A stretch of DNA of 64,000 nucleotides, from IMG/VR virus record IMGVR_UViG_3300004806_000016; one strand, given 5' to 3'. This document shows, one piece after another, positions 21,042 through 32,190 of this stretch. The position numbers and the translations under genes were made by a program. Under the pieces are notes generated by a model. The model saw only the letters and a list, made by a program, of their open reading frames with translations, had not been told where the DNA came from and made no database searches. Every line of letters starts with the position of its first letter. The first letter of the stretch is position 1. The stretch comes from a virus.

Positions 21042-22665
21042 CGGCAACCCTAATCTAAAGAGAGCACAGCAAAAGATTCAATTCACTCCTGATATGATTC
21101 AGGAATGGCTCAAGTGTTCTCAAGACCCAGTTTATTTTACTGAAACTTACATGAAAATTATCAGTATTGATAAGGGTCTAATCAGTTTTAAATTGTATGA
21201 TTATCAGAAAGAGATGCTCCGCTCTATGAAAGATAATCGTTATACGATTATTGCTACTGCACGTCAGGCTGGTAAATCGACTACGACCTGTGCTTTCATT
21301 CTCTGGTATGTATTGTTTCACGGCGAAAAGACAGTCGCTCTATTGGCCAACAAGGGGGAAACCGCCCGTGAAATTATGGGACGTATCCAGCTAGCGTTCC
21401 AACATCTTCCAAAGTGGTTACAACAGGGCGTAAAGGAATGGAACAAAGGTTCGTTCGAGCTTGAAAATAACAGCCGTGTTATCGCTTCTTCAACAAGCTC
21501 CGACAACATTCGTGGTTATTCTATCAACCTTCTGTTCATCGACGAAGCAGCGTTCATTGAAAATTGGGACTCTTTCTTCACCTCAGTTTATCCTACTATC
21601 TCGTCTGGTAAAGATTCAAAGATTGTTCTCGTATCAACGCCGAATGGCCTGAACCATTTCTATTCTATATGGGTAAATGCTTCCGAGAAACGTAATCAAT
21701 ATGAAGCATTGAAAGTCATGTGGCATGACGTTCCAGGACGTGATGAGAAATGGCGTGTTGAGACTTTATCTGGTATGAATTTTGATACTCAGAAATTTGA
21801 ACAAGAATATTGTGTAGAATTTATGGGTAGTTCTGGGACTCTTATCTCAGGCTGGAAACTAAAAGAGCTCGTCCATTTAAATACATTACATCAGAACGAA
21901 GGATTGTATGTCTATAAACAGCCAGAAGCTGGGCATTCTTATGTTCTCGTAGCTGACGTATCTAGAGGTAAAGGACTGGATTATTCTGCATTCCAGTTGA
22001 TTGATGTGACTACCATGCCATATCAACAGGCTGCTATCTATAGAAATAATAATATAACACCCTATGATTTTGCTACGACAATAAATCAGATAGGTAGAAT
22101 ATATAACAAGGCTGCAGTTCTTGTAGAAATAAATGATATTGGTGAGAGTGTATCGGTAACTCTACACAACGATTTAGAATATGAGAACGTATTGTTCACT
22201 GAAAATGCTGGGAGAAGCGGTAAACGTATTACGACTGGGTTTGGTGGTTCATCGATTGATAAGGGTATCCGCACCACAAAAGTCGTAAAAGCTATCGGCT
22301 GTTCTATGTTGAAGTTACTTGTCGAACAGAATCAATTAGTAATTAATGACTTTTATACCATTGCCGAGCTCGGCACATTCTCTAAGAAAAACAACAGTTA
22401 TGAGGCTGAACCTGGGCACCATGACGATTTGGTGATGTGTCTGGTGTTGTTTGGCTGGCTGACAGACCAACAATATTTCAAAGAGTATACGAATATAAAT
22501 ACTCTAATGAAATTGAGAGATAAGACCGACGAAGAGATCGAAAACGATCTTGTACCTTTTGGATTTGTAGATTTTGGTGAAGACCTGGATATTGTGTTGG
22601 ACCCCACACCTTTCCGTGGGAATTGGCTATATCGTGATGATTCTGAGGAATTCAAAGATATATAA
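21016..22665 (+). CDS. gp17: Terminase large subunit gp17
   Basis: ARQAGKS, LFIDEAAF, STPNG, DVSRG, HDDLVM. Confidence 0.97.
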   Translation: MDPTIKSYNGNPNLKRAQQKIQFTPDMIQEWLKCSQDPVYFTETYMKIISIDKGLISFKLYDYQKEMLRSMKDNRYTIIATARQAGKSTTTCAFILWYVLFHGEKTVALLANKGETAREIMGRIQLAFQHLPKWLQQGVKEWNKGSFELENNSRVIASSTSSDNIRGYSINLLFIDEAAFIENWDSFFTSVYPTISSGKDSKIVLVSTPNGLNHFYSIWVNASEKRNQYEALKVMWHDVPGRDEKWRVETLSGMNFDTQKFEQEYCVEFMGSSGTLISGWKLKELVHLNTLHQNEGLYVYKQPEAGHSYVLVADVSRGKGLDYSAFQLIDVTTMPYQQAAIYRNNNITPYDFATTINQIGRIYNKAAVLVEINDIGESVSVTLHNDLEYENVLFTENAGRSGKRITTGFGGSSIDKGIRTTKVVKAIGCSMLKLLVEQNQLVINDFYTIAELGTFSKKNNSYEAEPGHHDDLVMCLVLFGWLTDQQYFKEYTNINTLMKLRDKTDEEIENDLVPFGFVDFGEDLDIVLDPTPFRGNWLYRDDSEEFKDI

Positions 22666-22668
22666 ATA
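22661..22668 (+). promoter_or_regulatory. Late promoter TATAAATA for gp18
   Basis: Exact consensus. Confidence 0.75.
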
Positions 22669-22711
22669 AAAACAGAATGAATAAGAGCCTTTCCATTGGA
22701 GGAGAAATAAA

Positions 22712-24820
22712 ATGCCATTTCAATTAAGTCCAGGCGTTAATGTTACCGAAATCGATCTAACAGGTATTGTGCCTGCAGTTGCTACCTCTGACGGTGCTAT
22801 TGCTGGTATTTTCCAGTGGGGTCCAGTTGGTGCAAGACGTTTAATCAGTTCAGAAGCAAACCTTGTTGCTGTTTTCGGTAAGCCAAATGCAAATAATGCT
22901 GAAACATGGTTTACCGCAGCAAACTTCCTTTCTTACACAAATCGCCTTTGGGTGGTTCGTGCTGCTAACACTACTTCTTCAAACGCTCTAGCTGGCGCAC
23001 TTTCCGCTGTTGCTAACGTAGGATCAGTAACTAACGTAGTAGCCCAGACAGTTAAGAATGATACATTCTATCCACAATTAGATGGCACTTTTGATGCTGA
23101 CGTTTACTACGTAGCAAGATATCCAGGCGCAATCGGTAACTCTCTAAAGATTTCAGTTTGCGATAGCGCTGCAGCTTATACTTCAAACCTTTATGCTAAC
23201 GCAAAAGTAAGTTCATCAAACCTTGACGTTGTAGCTACTACAACCTTTGTTCTTGGTTCGAACGTAGCGACTGTTAACGCTATCCCAGGCGGTACTGGTT
23301 CTGCTGGCGATGCTAACACATATACTCATGCTCTTGTCGCTAACCTGACTATCGGCGACTATCTGACTGTTGGTAACAGCGCTCTTGGAACACAATATGT
23401 TCAGATCTCTGGAATCAGCTCCATCACTTCTAACTCGACTGGTTCTTACTTCGCTATTAACCTAGAAGAGCCATACAGATTAGCTTATAACTTTACTTCA
23501 AACGGTACTGTTAACAGCACTCTAAAGCGTAACTGGGAATACTTCAACGTAATCAGTTCTGCTCCAGGCCAGTCAAACTATCAGTCTAATTTTGGTAATA
23601 CTTCAGCAAACGACCAGCTACATATCGTAGTATCTGATGAAAATGGTGCATTTACTGGTGTTCCTGGAACAATCCTAGAATCATATGCTGATCTATCGTT
23701 CGCTACTGATTCTAAGACTGATAATGGCGCTACAAACTACTACAAGACTGTTCTAGAAAATAATTCGTTGTATGTTCACTGGACACAAGATCGTGCAGGA
23801 ACCACATCAAATACAGCTTTGAATATTACTTCTTCAACAAACCAGACTCCATTTACTCTATCGTTCAATAGCGGTACTGATGGTTATACAGAATCGACTG
23901 CTCCTCTTGGAACAATCGCTGCAGGATATGACTACTTCAACTCAGCTGAAAACGTTGATATCTCATTGATCATGCAGGGTAAGCCAATCGGCGGTACTAC
24001 TTCAGTAAATGGCCAGACAATCAATAACACTCAGCTAGCAAACTATATCATTGACAATATCGCTGAAATTCGCAAAGACTGTGTATTGTTTGTTTCCCCA
24101 GATGATACTCTTGTTCAGTCAAATCCAGGCAACCAAGCTCAGTCGATTGTTAACTGGCGTGGCGCTATCCATGACTCTTCTTATGCGGTAATGGATACTG
24201 GTTACAAGTATATGTATGATCGCTACAATGACGTATATCGCTACGTTCCAATGAACGGTGATATTGCTGGTCTATGTGCTCGTACTGATAATACTCGCGA
24301 TCCTTGGTGGTCACCAGCTGGCTTCAATCGTGGTCAGATTAAGAATCTTCTAAGACTTCGTTGGAACCCAACTAAGGCTGATAGAGATATTCTTTTCAAG
24401 AACGGTGTTAACCCAGTTGTAACATTCCCAGGTCAGGGTACTGTTTTATTCGGCGACAAGACTGTTCAGACTAAGCCATCGGCGTTTGATCATATCAACG
24501 TTCGTCGTCTATTCATCGTACTTGAAAAAGCAATTTCTACTGCTTCTAAGTTCTTCCTGTTCGAGTTCAACGATGAATTTACTCGCGCTCAGTTTAAGAA
24601 TCTCGTGACTCCATATCTCCGTGACGTTCAAGGTCGCCGTGGTATTACAGACTTCCTAGTAGTTTGTGACGCTACAAACAATACTCCTGAAAGAGTTGAC
24701 CGTAACGAATTCTGGGGTGATATCTATATTAAACCTGCTCGCTCAATCAACTTTATTCAGCTTAACTTCGTGGCTGTAAGATCTGGCGTACAGTTCTCTG
24801 AAATTGTCGGTAAATTTTAA
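22712..24820 (+). CDS. gp18: Tail sheath protein gp18
   Basis: LSPGVNVTEID...WWSPAGFNRG...INVRRLF...KPARSINFI. Confidence 0.97.
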   Translation: MPFQLSPGVNVTEIDLTGIVPAVATSDGAIAGIFQWGPVGARRLISSEANLVAVFGKPNANNAETWFTAANFLSYTNRLWVVRAANTTSSNALAGALSAVANVGSVTNVVAQTVKNDTFYPQLDGTFDADVYYVARYPGAIGNSLKISVCDSAAAYTSNLYANAKVSSSNLDVVATTTFVLGSNVATVNAIPGGTGSAGDANTYTHALVANLTIGDYLTVGNSALGTQYVQISGISSITSNSTGSYFAINLEEPYRLAYNFTSNGTVNSTLKRNWEYFNVISSAPGQSNYQSNFGNTSANDQLHIVVSDENGAFTGVPGTILESYADLSFATDSKTDNGATNYYKTVLENNSLYVHWTQDRAGTTSNTALNITSSTNQTPFTLSFNSGTDGYTESTAPLGTIAAGYDYFNSAENVDISLIMQGKPIGGTTSVNGQTINNTQLANYIIDNIAEIRKDCVLFVSPDDTLVQSNPGNQAQSIVNWRGAIHDSSYAVMDTGYKYMYDRYNDVYRYVPMNGDIAGLCARTDNTRDPWWSPAGFNRGQIKNLLRLRWNPTKADRDILFKNGVNPVVTFPGQGTVLFGDKTVQTKPSAFDHINVRRLFIVLEKAISTASKFFLFEFNDEFTRAQFKNLVTPYLRDVQGRRGITDFLVVCDATNNTPERVDRNEFWGDIYIKPARSINFIQLNFVAVRSGVQFSEIVGKF

Positions 24821-24853
24821 TAAATAGACTAAAGGTCAATAAGGAGATAAACT

Positions 24854-25450
24854 ATGCCTTCAGGATTTAATATCAGTACTTTCAAGACAAGAGGCCTCCA
24901 GTTTGGAGGCGCTCGCCCTACGCTATTCGAAGTTTACCTAGGTATTCCGGATGGTGTTGCAGCTGATGCTCCTTCCGCTGACAAGTTCCGTTTTACTTGC
25001 AGCGCAGCTCAGCTACCAGCAGCTACAATATCAGCGATCGACGTGGGTTACTTCGGTCGTAAGATTAAAGTTCAGGGCGATCGTACTTTCGCAGACTGGA
25101 CAGTAACAGTAATGAACGATGAAGATTTCCTCGTTCGTTCTATGTTCGAAAAGTGGTCAAACTCGCTAAACAGCTTAGAATCAAACGTTCGTGACGTTGC
25201 TTATTCAACTAACGAAAATGATTACAAGGCTGATATGGATGTAATCCAATATGGTAAAGATGGTACTCCTATCCGTCAATATACCATTCTTGGCGCTTTC
25301 CCAACTTCAGTTGATGCTATCACTCTAAATTGGGATACAACAAACCAGATCGAAACATTCCAAGTAACATTCGCTTACGACTACTGGCTACCAACTCTTG
25401 AAACTGCTAACCAGTATCTACCACAGGCTACTAGTCCAATTTCCACCTAA
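24854..25450 (+). CDS. gp19: Tail tube protein gp19
   Basis: GGARPTLF, GDRTFADWTVTVMNDEDF. Confidence 0.95.
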   Translation: MPSGFNISTFKTRGLQFGGARPTLFEVYLGIPDGVAADAPSADKFRFTCSAAQLPAATISAIDVGYFGRKIKVQGDRTFADWTVTVMNDEDFLVRSMFEKWSNSLNSLESNVRDVAYSTNENDYKADMDVIQYGKDGTPIRQYTILGAFPTSVDAITLNWDTTNQIETFQVTFAYDYWLPTLETANQYLPQATSPIST

Positions 25451-25492
25451 TACTTTATTATGACAGCCTCTTGAAACAATTTAGATTATTTT

Positions 25493-25529
25493 AAGAAGGG
25501 GCTAAGTATACTTGGCCTCTTCTTTTTTT
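25493..25529 (+). terminator. Intrinsic terminator after gp19
   Basis: AAGAAGGGGCTAAG/CTTGGCCTCTTCTT stem followed by a T-run. Confidence 0.7.
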
Positions 25530-25542
25530 GAAGGAAAGAAAA

Positions 25543-27249
25543 ATGGAATTATTCGGTTTCGAGTTTAAACGTAAGGTAGTCCAAGACACCCAACCATCTT
25601 TTGTACCTCAAGAACAAGATGATGGTGCAGTAGTTGTTGCAGCGGGTGGTTCGTATGGGACTTATGTTGACTTAGACGGCACTGTAAGAACCGAAGCAGA
25701 GCTAGTTACCAAATACCGCGAGATGGCATTACAACCAGAATGTGATGCTGCTGTTGATGAAATTATCAACGAGACGATGTCGATTGATGAAAAAGAAATC
25801 GTATCCATCAATCTAGACAATCTTAAGATTACAGAGACATTAAAGAAAGCAATTCGTGAAGAGTTTGAGAATTGCTTGAATATCCTAGATTTCCAGAAAC
25901 ATGCTTATGAGATCTTCCGTCGTTGGTATATTGACGGTCGTCTCTATTATCATGTTATCATTGACGATAAAGATCCAAAAGCTGGCATCAAAGAGATTCG
26001 TTATATTGACCCACGCAAGATCCGTAAGGTAAGAGAAGTTGCCAAGCGTAAAGTTCGTGGCGGTGGCGAGACTGAAGCAGTCATTCAGAAGGTTCAGAAT
26101 GAATACTTCATGTTTAATGATAAGGGGTTCAACTACGGTAACAAGACTGTCGGCCCATCGACCACTGGTCTTAAGATCGCCAAAGACGCTATCATTCATA
26201 TTACATCAGGACTGACCGATACGAACGGCACCATGGTCCTTTCTTATCTACACAAAGCAATTAAAGCATTGAACCAACTACGCACGCTCGAGGACGCTTT
26301 GGTAATCTACCGCTTGGCTAGAGCTCCCGAGCGTCGCGTATGGTATATTGACGTCGGTAACCTTCCTAAAATGAAGGCAGAACAATATCTACGCGACATT
26401 ATGGTGAAACACAAGAATCGTCTTATCTATGACGCTTCATCAGGTGAAGTTCGTGACGACCGTAAGTTTATGACTATGTTGGAAGATTACTGGTTGCCTC
26501 GCCGCGAGGGTGGACGTGGTACTGAAGTTACTACGCTTCCAGGTGGCCAGACTCTCGGTCAGATGGATGACGTTCTATATTTCCAAAAGAAATTCTTACA
26601 GACTCTTAGTGTTCCTGTTAACCGTCTCAACTCAGACGCTTTATTCTCATTAGGTCGTGCTACTGAAGTCAGCCGTGACGAATTGAAGTTTGCTCGTTTC
26701 ATTGCTCGTTTACGTAATAAGTTTGCTGTTATGTTTACTCGTATGCTAGAGAAACAGCTCGTCCTTAAACAGGTTATGTCTATTGAAGATTTCCAGAATA
26801 TTCAACAAGATATCCGTTATGACTTTGCTAAGGACAACTACTTCACTGAGTTGAAAGAAGCAGAAGTGCTTGAGAATCGTATCAATCTTGCTCAGTCAAT
26901 ATTGCCGCTCGTTGGTCAATATTACTCTCATGAGTGGATGCGTAAGAACGTCCTTCAACAGACTGACGATGAGATTGAAGAGATGGATGCTGAGATTGAT
27001 GAAGAGATGAACGATCCTAGATGGCAACCACCAATGGATCCGAATGACCCGAATGCGCAACAACAAAATGTTCAACCTTACACAGATGATGATGGTGCAG
27101 CAGAGACTCCACAAACATCTGATGATAGAGAAAAGATTAGACAGGCTGAGATGACTGTTAGAATGATGAAAGAGAAAAAAGGTAATCGTTCTATGCAAGA
27201 TGAGTCAAAATACAAATCAGCTCTACAGATATTAGCTAAAAATAAATAA
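25543..27249 (+). CDS. gp20: Portal protein gp20
   Basis: IYRLARAPERR, EDYWLPRREGGRGTE. Confidence 0.97.
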   Translation: MELFGFEFKRKVVQDTQPSFVPQEQDDGAVVVAAGGSYGTYVDLDGTVRTEAELVTKYREMALQPECDAAVDEIINETMSIDEKEIVSINLDNLKITETLKKAIREEFENCLNILDFQKHAYEIFRRWYIDGRLYYHVIIDDKDPKAGIKEIRYIDPRKIRKVREVAKRKVRGGGETEAVIQKVQNEYFMFNDKGFNYGNKTVGPSTTGLKIAKDAIIHITSGLTDTNGTMVLSYLHKAIKALNQLRTLEDALVIYRLARAPERRVWYIDVGNLPKMKAEQYLRDIMVKHKNRLIYDASSGEVRDDRKFMTMLEDYWLPRREGGRGTEVTTLPGGQTLGQMDDVLYFQKKFLQTLSVPVNRLNSDALFSLGRATEVSRDELKFARFIARLRNKFAVMFTRMLEKQLVLKQVMSIEDFQNIQQDIRYDFAKDNYFTELKEAEVLENRINLAQSILPLVGQYYSHEWMRKNVLQQTDDEIEEMDAEIDEEMNDPRWQPPMDPNDPNAQQQNVQPYTDDDGAAETPQTSDDREKIRQAEMTVRMMKEKKGNRSMQDESKYKSALQILAKNK

Positions 27250-27262
27250 TTGGAGGTAACTT

Positions 27263-27520
27263 ATGGATAATGATAAATATTCAGTACAAGATTTAATTAA
27301 GTACTCTTACAATCAACAACCTATTGATTTTGAAAATGTGTTTAATAGTTTAGTCTCCGATAAGATCGCAGCGGCTATAGATGATAAAAAAAGAGAACTA
27401 GCTGGTTCTATGTTTACTAATGGTTATGAACCAGAAGATGAAAACTCTGATACAATAGACGAGCCATATGATGACGTTGATGATAGAGAATACGAAGAAG
27501 AGGAAGATTACGATGGCTAA
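27263..27520 (+). CDS. Acidic prohead core protein (gp67-like)
   Basis: Position after the portal gene; small and acidic. Confidence 0.6.
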   Translation: MDNDKYSVQDLIKYSYNQQPIDFENVFNSLVSDKIAAAIDDKKRELAGSMFTNGYEPEDENSDTIDEPYDDVDDREYEEEEDYDG

Positions 27521-28559
27521 ATCGTTAAAAGATATCGTCAAGGGCGTAAAGTCATCTAAGACTGATGCTGGTAAACTTGGCAAAGATCCAGGCGTTGACT
27601 ACGAGCCAAAACCAGGCGATGAGCAAAAATTCGTAAAGAAACATTCAGTAGAAAAGCATGATGATCGCGTAGGTAACGGCGAACATGTTTACAAGGGTGG
27701 TACTAAAGAAGCTCCTTATAATAAACAAAAAGAAGGTGTGTATGAGGCAAAAGAAGCAGAAGATGCTCAATGCAACAATACACCAAAAGGTAAATCCTGC
27801 CCAGTTCATGGCATGGCAGAGTGTATGTCTGTAAAACCAATTAAAGAAGAAGAGCTTGATGAGATGGGTATTCGCCCATTAAGTCGCGCTGCTACAAAAT
27901 ATAAAGATAACCCAAAATCTTATGCTACGAATTCCCCAAAAGCATACCGTAAACCATGGGAAACTTCTAAAGCAGATTCTCGTAAAGAAATAGAGAATCT
28001 TTCAAAAGGAATTTCTGTAAAAAAACTTACTGCTGGAAAGGCCAAGGGTATCAAAGAAGAAGATCAGATTGATGAAGTGCTAACTAAATCAACAACTGCT
28101 GGTGAGACTATCCACGATTTTGTCCACTCAAAAAATCCTAAGTTTGCTGGTAAATCAAAGGAAAAGCGTAAAGAGATGGCTCTCGCTGCTTATTATGCAA
28201 AACAGCGTAATGAAGAAGTCGAAGAAGCATATGCAGTCCAGCCATTGCTTGGTGGTGATATAGCAAAACATAAGACAAATGATACAGGCGAAGAGATTGA
28301 TATGGTTCGTACAGAGCTAAAAGCGATTGCTAATAAAGCAATGCATATGTTAGCTTCTATGCCAAAAGACGTTCATATTGAGCCATGGGTTCAGGCTAAG
28401 ATCGCTCAAGCAAAAGAGATGATCGGTTCAGTTCATGACTATTGCATCTATGGCGATCACAATAAGCCAGAAGAAGATGAACAGAATGATACACCAATGT
28501 CAACTCCAACAATGTTTCCGAACATGGCTTCGGATAATGCAGCAGGAATAAACGTATGA
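27513..28559 (+). CDS. Prohead core / internal head protein
   Basis: Lys/Glu-rich, many I/L-x-E possible gp21 cleavage sites, between gp20 and gp21. Confidence 0.5.
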   Translation: MAKSLKDIVKGVKSSKTDAGKLGKDPGVDYEPKPGDEQKFVKKHSVEKHDDRVGNGEHVYKGGTKEAPYNKQKEGVYEAKEAEDAQCNNTPKGKSCPVHGMAECMSVKPIKEEELDEMGIRPLSRAATKYKDNPKSYATNSPKAYRKPWETSKADSRKEIENLSKGISVKKLTAGKAKGIKEEDQIDEVLTKSTTAGETIHDFVHSKNPKFAGKSKEKRKEMALAAYYAKQRNEEVEEAYAVQPLLGGDIAKHKTNDTGEEIDMVRTELKAIANKAMHMLASMPKDVHIEPWVQAKIAQAKEMIGSVHDYCIYGDHNKPEEDEQNDTPMSTPTMFPNMASDNAAGINV

Positions 28560-28822
28560 CCGATTTTGTAAAAACAATTGCAACAGAAACATATTGTAAC
28601 ACAACTGCCAACACATTTGGTGGTAATCGTTTTGTTAGATTGACAAATATCAATACAGCTCCTTGGTTGATTACTCGCGCATACGCAAATGGTACTACTA
28701 TCGGTACTTTCACTTTGTTGAATGGCCAAACAGTTGTTGCTGAAAAATATTTTACAGAAACTCTAGCAGCGAATACAGCATCAAATTATATCGCTGCGGT
28801 GCCTGTAGCTATGAAGGGTTGA
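28556..28822 (+). CDS. Hypothetical protein
   Basis: ATGA coupling inside the head operon. Confidence 0.55.
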   Translation: MTDFVKTIATETYCNTTANTFGGNRFVRLTNINTAPWLITRAYANGTTIGTFTLLNGQTVVAEKYFTETLAANTASNYIAAVPVAMKG

Positions 28823-28826
28823 TCAG

Positions 28827-29492
28827 ATGAAACTTATTACAGAGCTCGTCGAAGAAGTAGAATATATTTCCGAAGCCAGAGAGAATGGCGAAAAGGAACA
28901 TTATATTCACGGTATCTTCTTACAGGCAAACCGTAAGAACCGTAACGGTCGCATCTATGAGATGAAGGTTATGGAGCCTGAAGTAAACCGTTATATGAAA
29001 GAAGTCGTAGCGAATAAGCGTGCTTATGGCGAGCTCGGCCACCCACAAGGACCAGCAATTAATCTTGATCGCGTCTCTCATATTATTACTGAATTGAAAC
29101 GTGATGGTGATAATTTTATCGGTAAAGCAAAACTAACAGATACTCCAATGGGTAATATTGCTAGAGGACTTTTAAAGTCTGGTGCTCAGCTTGGTGTCTC
29201 TTCTCGTGGACTTGGTTCTCTTGTTCCTAAAGATGGAGCAATGATGGTTCAACCTGATTTTCGTTTAGCAACTGCAGCTGATATCGTAGCTGATCCTTCA
29301 GCCCCAGATGCTTTCGTTCAGGGTGTTATGGAAAACGTAGAATGGCTTTATGATCCTGTTAAAGATACATGGCATGAAGAAAAATTGGATAACATGAAAA
29401 AGAAAATTCATGCTATGTCAAAAAATCAGCTTGAAGAACAGCGCATCGCCATTTTTGAGAACTATTTAACATCTCTCACCTTTAAACAGTAA
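28827..29492 (+). CDS. gp21: Prohead protease gp21
   Basis: NRNGRIY, GELGHP, GVSSRGLGS, DIVADPSAPDA. Confidence 0.97.
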   Translation: MKLITELVEEVEYISEARENGEKEHYIHGIFLQANRKNRNGRIYEMKVMEPEVNRYMKEVVANKRAYGELGHPQGPAINLDRVSHIITELKRDGDNFIGKAKLTDTPMGNIARGLLKSGAQLGVSSRGLGSLVPKDGAMMVQPDFRLATAADIVADPSAPDAFVQGVMENVEWLYDPVKDTWHEEKLDNMKKKIHAMSKNQLEEQRIAIFENYLTSLTFKQ

Positions 29493-29496
29493 CAAT

Positions 29497-29504
29497 TATA
29501 AATA
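29497..29504 (+). promoter_or_regulatory. Late promoter TATAAATA for gp22
   Basis: Exact consensus. Confidence 0.75.
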
Positions 29505-29533
29505 AATCTAAATTCCACTAAGGAGACTCTCAG

Positions 29534-30589
29534 ATGTCAGAAGAAAACGAAATGATTGATAACCTTGACGAAGCTACAACTGCAATGGATTCATTGAAGC
29601 CTGCAGCTCGTTCGGCTGGTTCAGATCCAAAATCAAAAATTGATTACATCACTCACACTATCGGTGCTATGCATGCGATGCGTAAGGACGACCTTACAAA
29701 GTGGTTTGATAGCGCGATGGCTCTTATCGGCAAGGAAGCTTCTCACCTTCCAGGCGGCGCTACAGAAGGCGGAAACCAGTCATCAATTGACATGAAGCCA
29801 TCTTATGCATCTTCAACAAAAGGCCCAAAGACTCGTATGCCAATGCCAAAACTTTCTGTAAAAGAAGACGTTGAAGAAATGTTTGCTGGCTCTGACCTTT
29901 CAGAAGAATTTAAAGAAAAGGCATCAACTCTATTCGAAGCAGCTGTGACAGCTCGCGCGATGGTTGAAGTTGCTCGCCTTGAAGAAGAATTTGAAACACA
30001 GCTTGAAGAAGCTGTAGCAGAAATTAACGAAGAATTATCTTCTCGTCTTGATTCATACCTTTACTACGTAGTCGAGAACTGGATGCAAGAGAATGAAGTT
30101 GCTATCGAATCTTCACTACGTAACGAACTTACTGGTGAATTTATCGAAGGCATGAAGAATCTATTCGCTGAACACTATATCGATCTCCCAGAAAACAAGG
30201 TTGATGTTGTAGAATCTCTTGCTGATAAAGTTGAAATGCTTGAAGCAAAGATGGGCGAATTGATCGAAGAAAATTCAGAATACAAGAAAGCTATTGTTGA
30301 AGTAGAAAAAGAAAATGTATTCGAATCTTTCTTAGATGATCTTGCTCTATCTCAGCAAGAAAAATTTGCTGCTCTAGCAGAAGGCGTGGATTTCGACGGC
30401 GATCTTGATACATATGCAAGAAAACTATCTATTATCAAAGAAAACTATTTCACAACAGAAAAGAAAGCACCAGTTTCTACTAATATCGTAGAAGAAACAT
30501 TTGAAGGTGAAGTTTCTGAAACAATTGTAGCAAGCGATCCAACTATCGGAGCTATTGCTAAGGCGATCTCTAAGTCGATTAAAAGATAA
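29534..30589 (+). CDS. gp22: Prohead scaffold gp22
   Basis: LSEEFKEKASTLFEAAV; acidic coiled coil; synteny. Confidence 0.92.
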   Translation: MSEENEMIDNLDEATTAMDSLKPAARSAGSDPKSKIDYITHTIGAMHAMRKDDLTKWFDSAMALIGKEASHLPGGATEGGNQSSIDMKPSYASSTKGPKTRMPMPKLSVKEDVEEMFAGSDLSEEFKEKASTLFEAAVTARAMVEVARLEEEFETQLEEAVAEINEELSSRLDSYLYYVVENWMQENEVAIESSLRNELTGEFIEGMKNLFAEHYIDLPENKVDVVESLADKVEMLEAKMGELIEENSEYKKAIVEVEKENVFESFLDDLALSQQEKFAALAEGVDFDGDLDTYARKLSIIKENYFTTEKKAPVSTNIVEETFEGEVSETIVASDPTIGAIAKAISKSIKR

Positions 30590-30595
30590 CAATTA

Positions 30596-30603
30596 TATAA
30601 ATA
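30596..30603 (+). promoter_or_regulatory. Late promoter TATAAATA for gp23
   Basis: Exact consensus. Confidence 0.75.
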
Positions 30604-30634
30604 AAAAATATCCTAGAAACAAAAGGAGACAAAA

Positions 30635-32053
30635 ATGTATCTAGCTGAGGACATCCAAAAGAAGTGGCAGCCAATTCTTGAGCATGCCGATCTTAACCCA
30701 ATCACTGATGCGCACCGTCGTTCAGTAACAGCAATCATTCTTGAGAACACTCAACGTGCTCTTACTGAATCAGCTGCTCACGGTTCATATCAAACTCTTA
30801 CAGAAACTGGTCTTGAGCCACAAGGCGGCAACATTATGGGCACTTCAAGCTCAACTGCTGGCGCTGGTGGTATCGATACTTTCGATCCTGTATTGATCAG
30901 CCTTGTTCGTCGTGCGATGCCTAACCTTATCGCTTATGACATCTGCGGCGTTCAGCCAATGACTGGCCCAACTGGCTTGATCTTTGCTATGCGTTCGAAG
31001 TATAACAACCAAGGTAACGGTACTTCAAACACTTCGTTCGGTGGCAATAACACTAACGAAACATTCTATAACGAAGTTAATACTTCATTCTCATCTATCG
31101 TTTCTGGTAACTCCAGCTTCGGTCAGAACTTTGTTGGTACTATCCCAGGTGCAACAAATACTTCTCCATTGACTGCGAACACTACCTATAACACTGGTAC
31201 TGCGATGCCAACAGCTACAGCTGAAGCACTTGGCGCTTCTTACTATGCTAACGGCGCTGCTGGTCCTGGCGACTTTGCTCAGATGGCATTCTCGATTGAA
31301 AAAGTAACTGTTACTGCTCAATCACGTGCTCTAAAAGCAGAATACACTATGGAACTTGCTCAAGACTTGAAGGCAATCCATGGTCTAGACGCTGAAACAG
31401 AACTAGCGAATATCCTTCAGGCTGAAATTCTTGCTGAAATCAACCGTGAAGTTGTTCGTACTATCAACATCACTGCTGTTCAAGGCGCTGCTACTAACGT
31501 AACTACCGCTGGCGTTTTCGATCTTGACACCGACTCAAACGGTCGTTGGTCAGTTGAAAAGTTCAAGGGTCTTATGTTCCAGCTTGAACGCGAAGCTAAC
31601 CAACTTGCTAAAGACACTCGTAGAGGCAAGGGTAACATCATTATCTGTTCTTCTGACGTAGCGTCAGCATTGCAGATGGCTGGTGTTCTCGACTACACTC
31701 CTGCTCTTAACAGCAACAACCTACAAGTTGACGATACTGGCAATACTTTCGCTGGTGTTCTTAACGGTCGCTTCAAAGTTTATATCGATCCATATGCGAT
31801 CGGTGGTAACTACGTTACTGTTGGCTATAAGGGTTCGTCAGCGTTCGACGCTGGTCTATTCTATTGCCCATACGTTCCTCTACAGATGGTTCGCGCTGTT
31901 GACCAACAGTCTTTCCAACCTAAGATTGGTTTCAAGACTCGTTACGGCATGGTTGCAAACCCATTCGCAGAAGCTACAAACCAAGGTTCAGGACGTCTCG
32001 TTCTTTCGACTAACCGCTACTATCGTCGTGTTATCGTTAACAACCTTATGTGA
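30635..32053 (+). CDS. gp23: Major capsid protein gp23
   Basis: LVRRAMPNLIAYDICGVQPMTGPTGLIFAMR, ELAQDLKAIHGLDAE. Confidence 0.98.
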   Translation: MYLAEDIQKKWQPILEHADLNPITDAHRRSVTAIILENTQRALTESAAHGSYQTLTETGLEPQGGNIMGTSSSTAGAGGIDTFDPVLISLVRRAMPNLIAYDICGVQPMTGPTGLIFAMRSKYNNQGNGTSNTSFGGNNTNETFYNEVNTSFSSIVSGNSSFGQNFVGTIPGATNTSPLTANTTYNTGTAMPTATAEALGASYYANGAAGPGDFAQMAFSIEKVTVTAQSRALKAEYTMELAQDLKAIHGLDAETELANILQAEILAEINREVVRTINITAVQGAATNVTTAGVFDLDTDSNGRWSVEKFKGLMFQLEREANQLAKDTRRGKGNIIICSSDVASALQMAGVLDYTPALNSNNLQVDDTGNTFAGVLNGRFKVYIDPYAIGGNYVTVGYKGSSAFDAGLFYCPYVPLQMVRAVDQQSFQPKIGFKTRYGMVANPFAEATNQGSGRLVLSTNRYYRRVIVNNLM

Positions 32054-32083
32054 TCAAAAGATCGGGTTAACCGACAAAAGACT

Positions 32084-32111
32084 AGGGGAGCAGAAATGCT
32101 CCCCTTTTTTT
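32084..32111 (+). terminator. Intrinsic terminator after gp23
   Basis: GGGGAGCA GAAA TGCTCCCC followed by T7. Confidence 0.9.
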
Positions 32112-32113
32112 GC

Positions 32114-32142
32114 TTGACTTATGTCACGATTAACAGTATAAT
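32114..32142 (+). promoter_or_regulatory. Sigma70-type promoter
   Basis: TTGACT-N17-TATAAT. Confidence 0.7.
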
Positions 32143-32190
32143 CATTAATGCACTGATGATAAATATACTGCATAGGTATTGGAGATAATA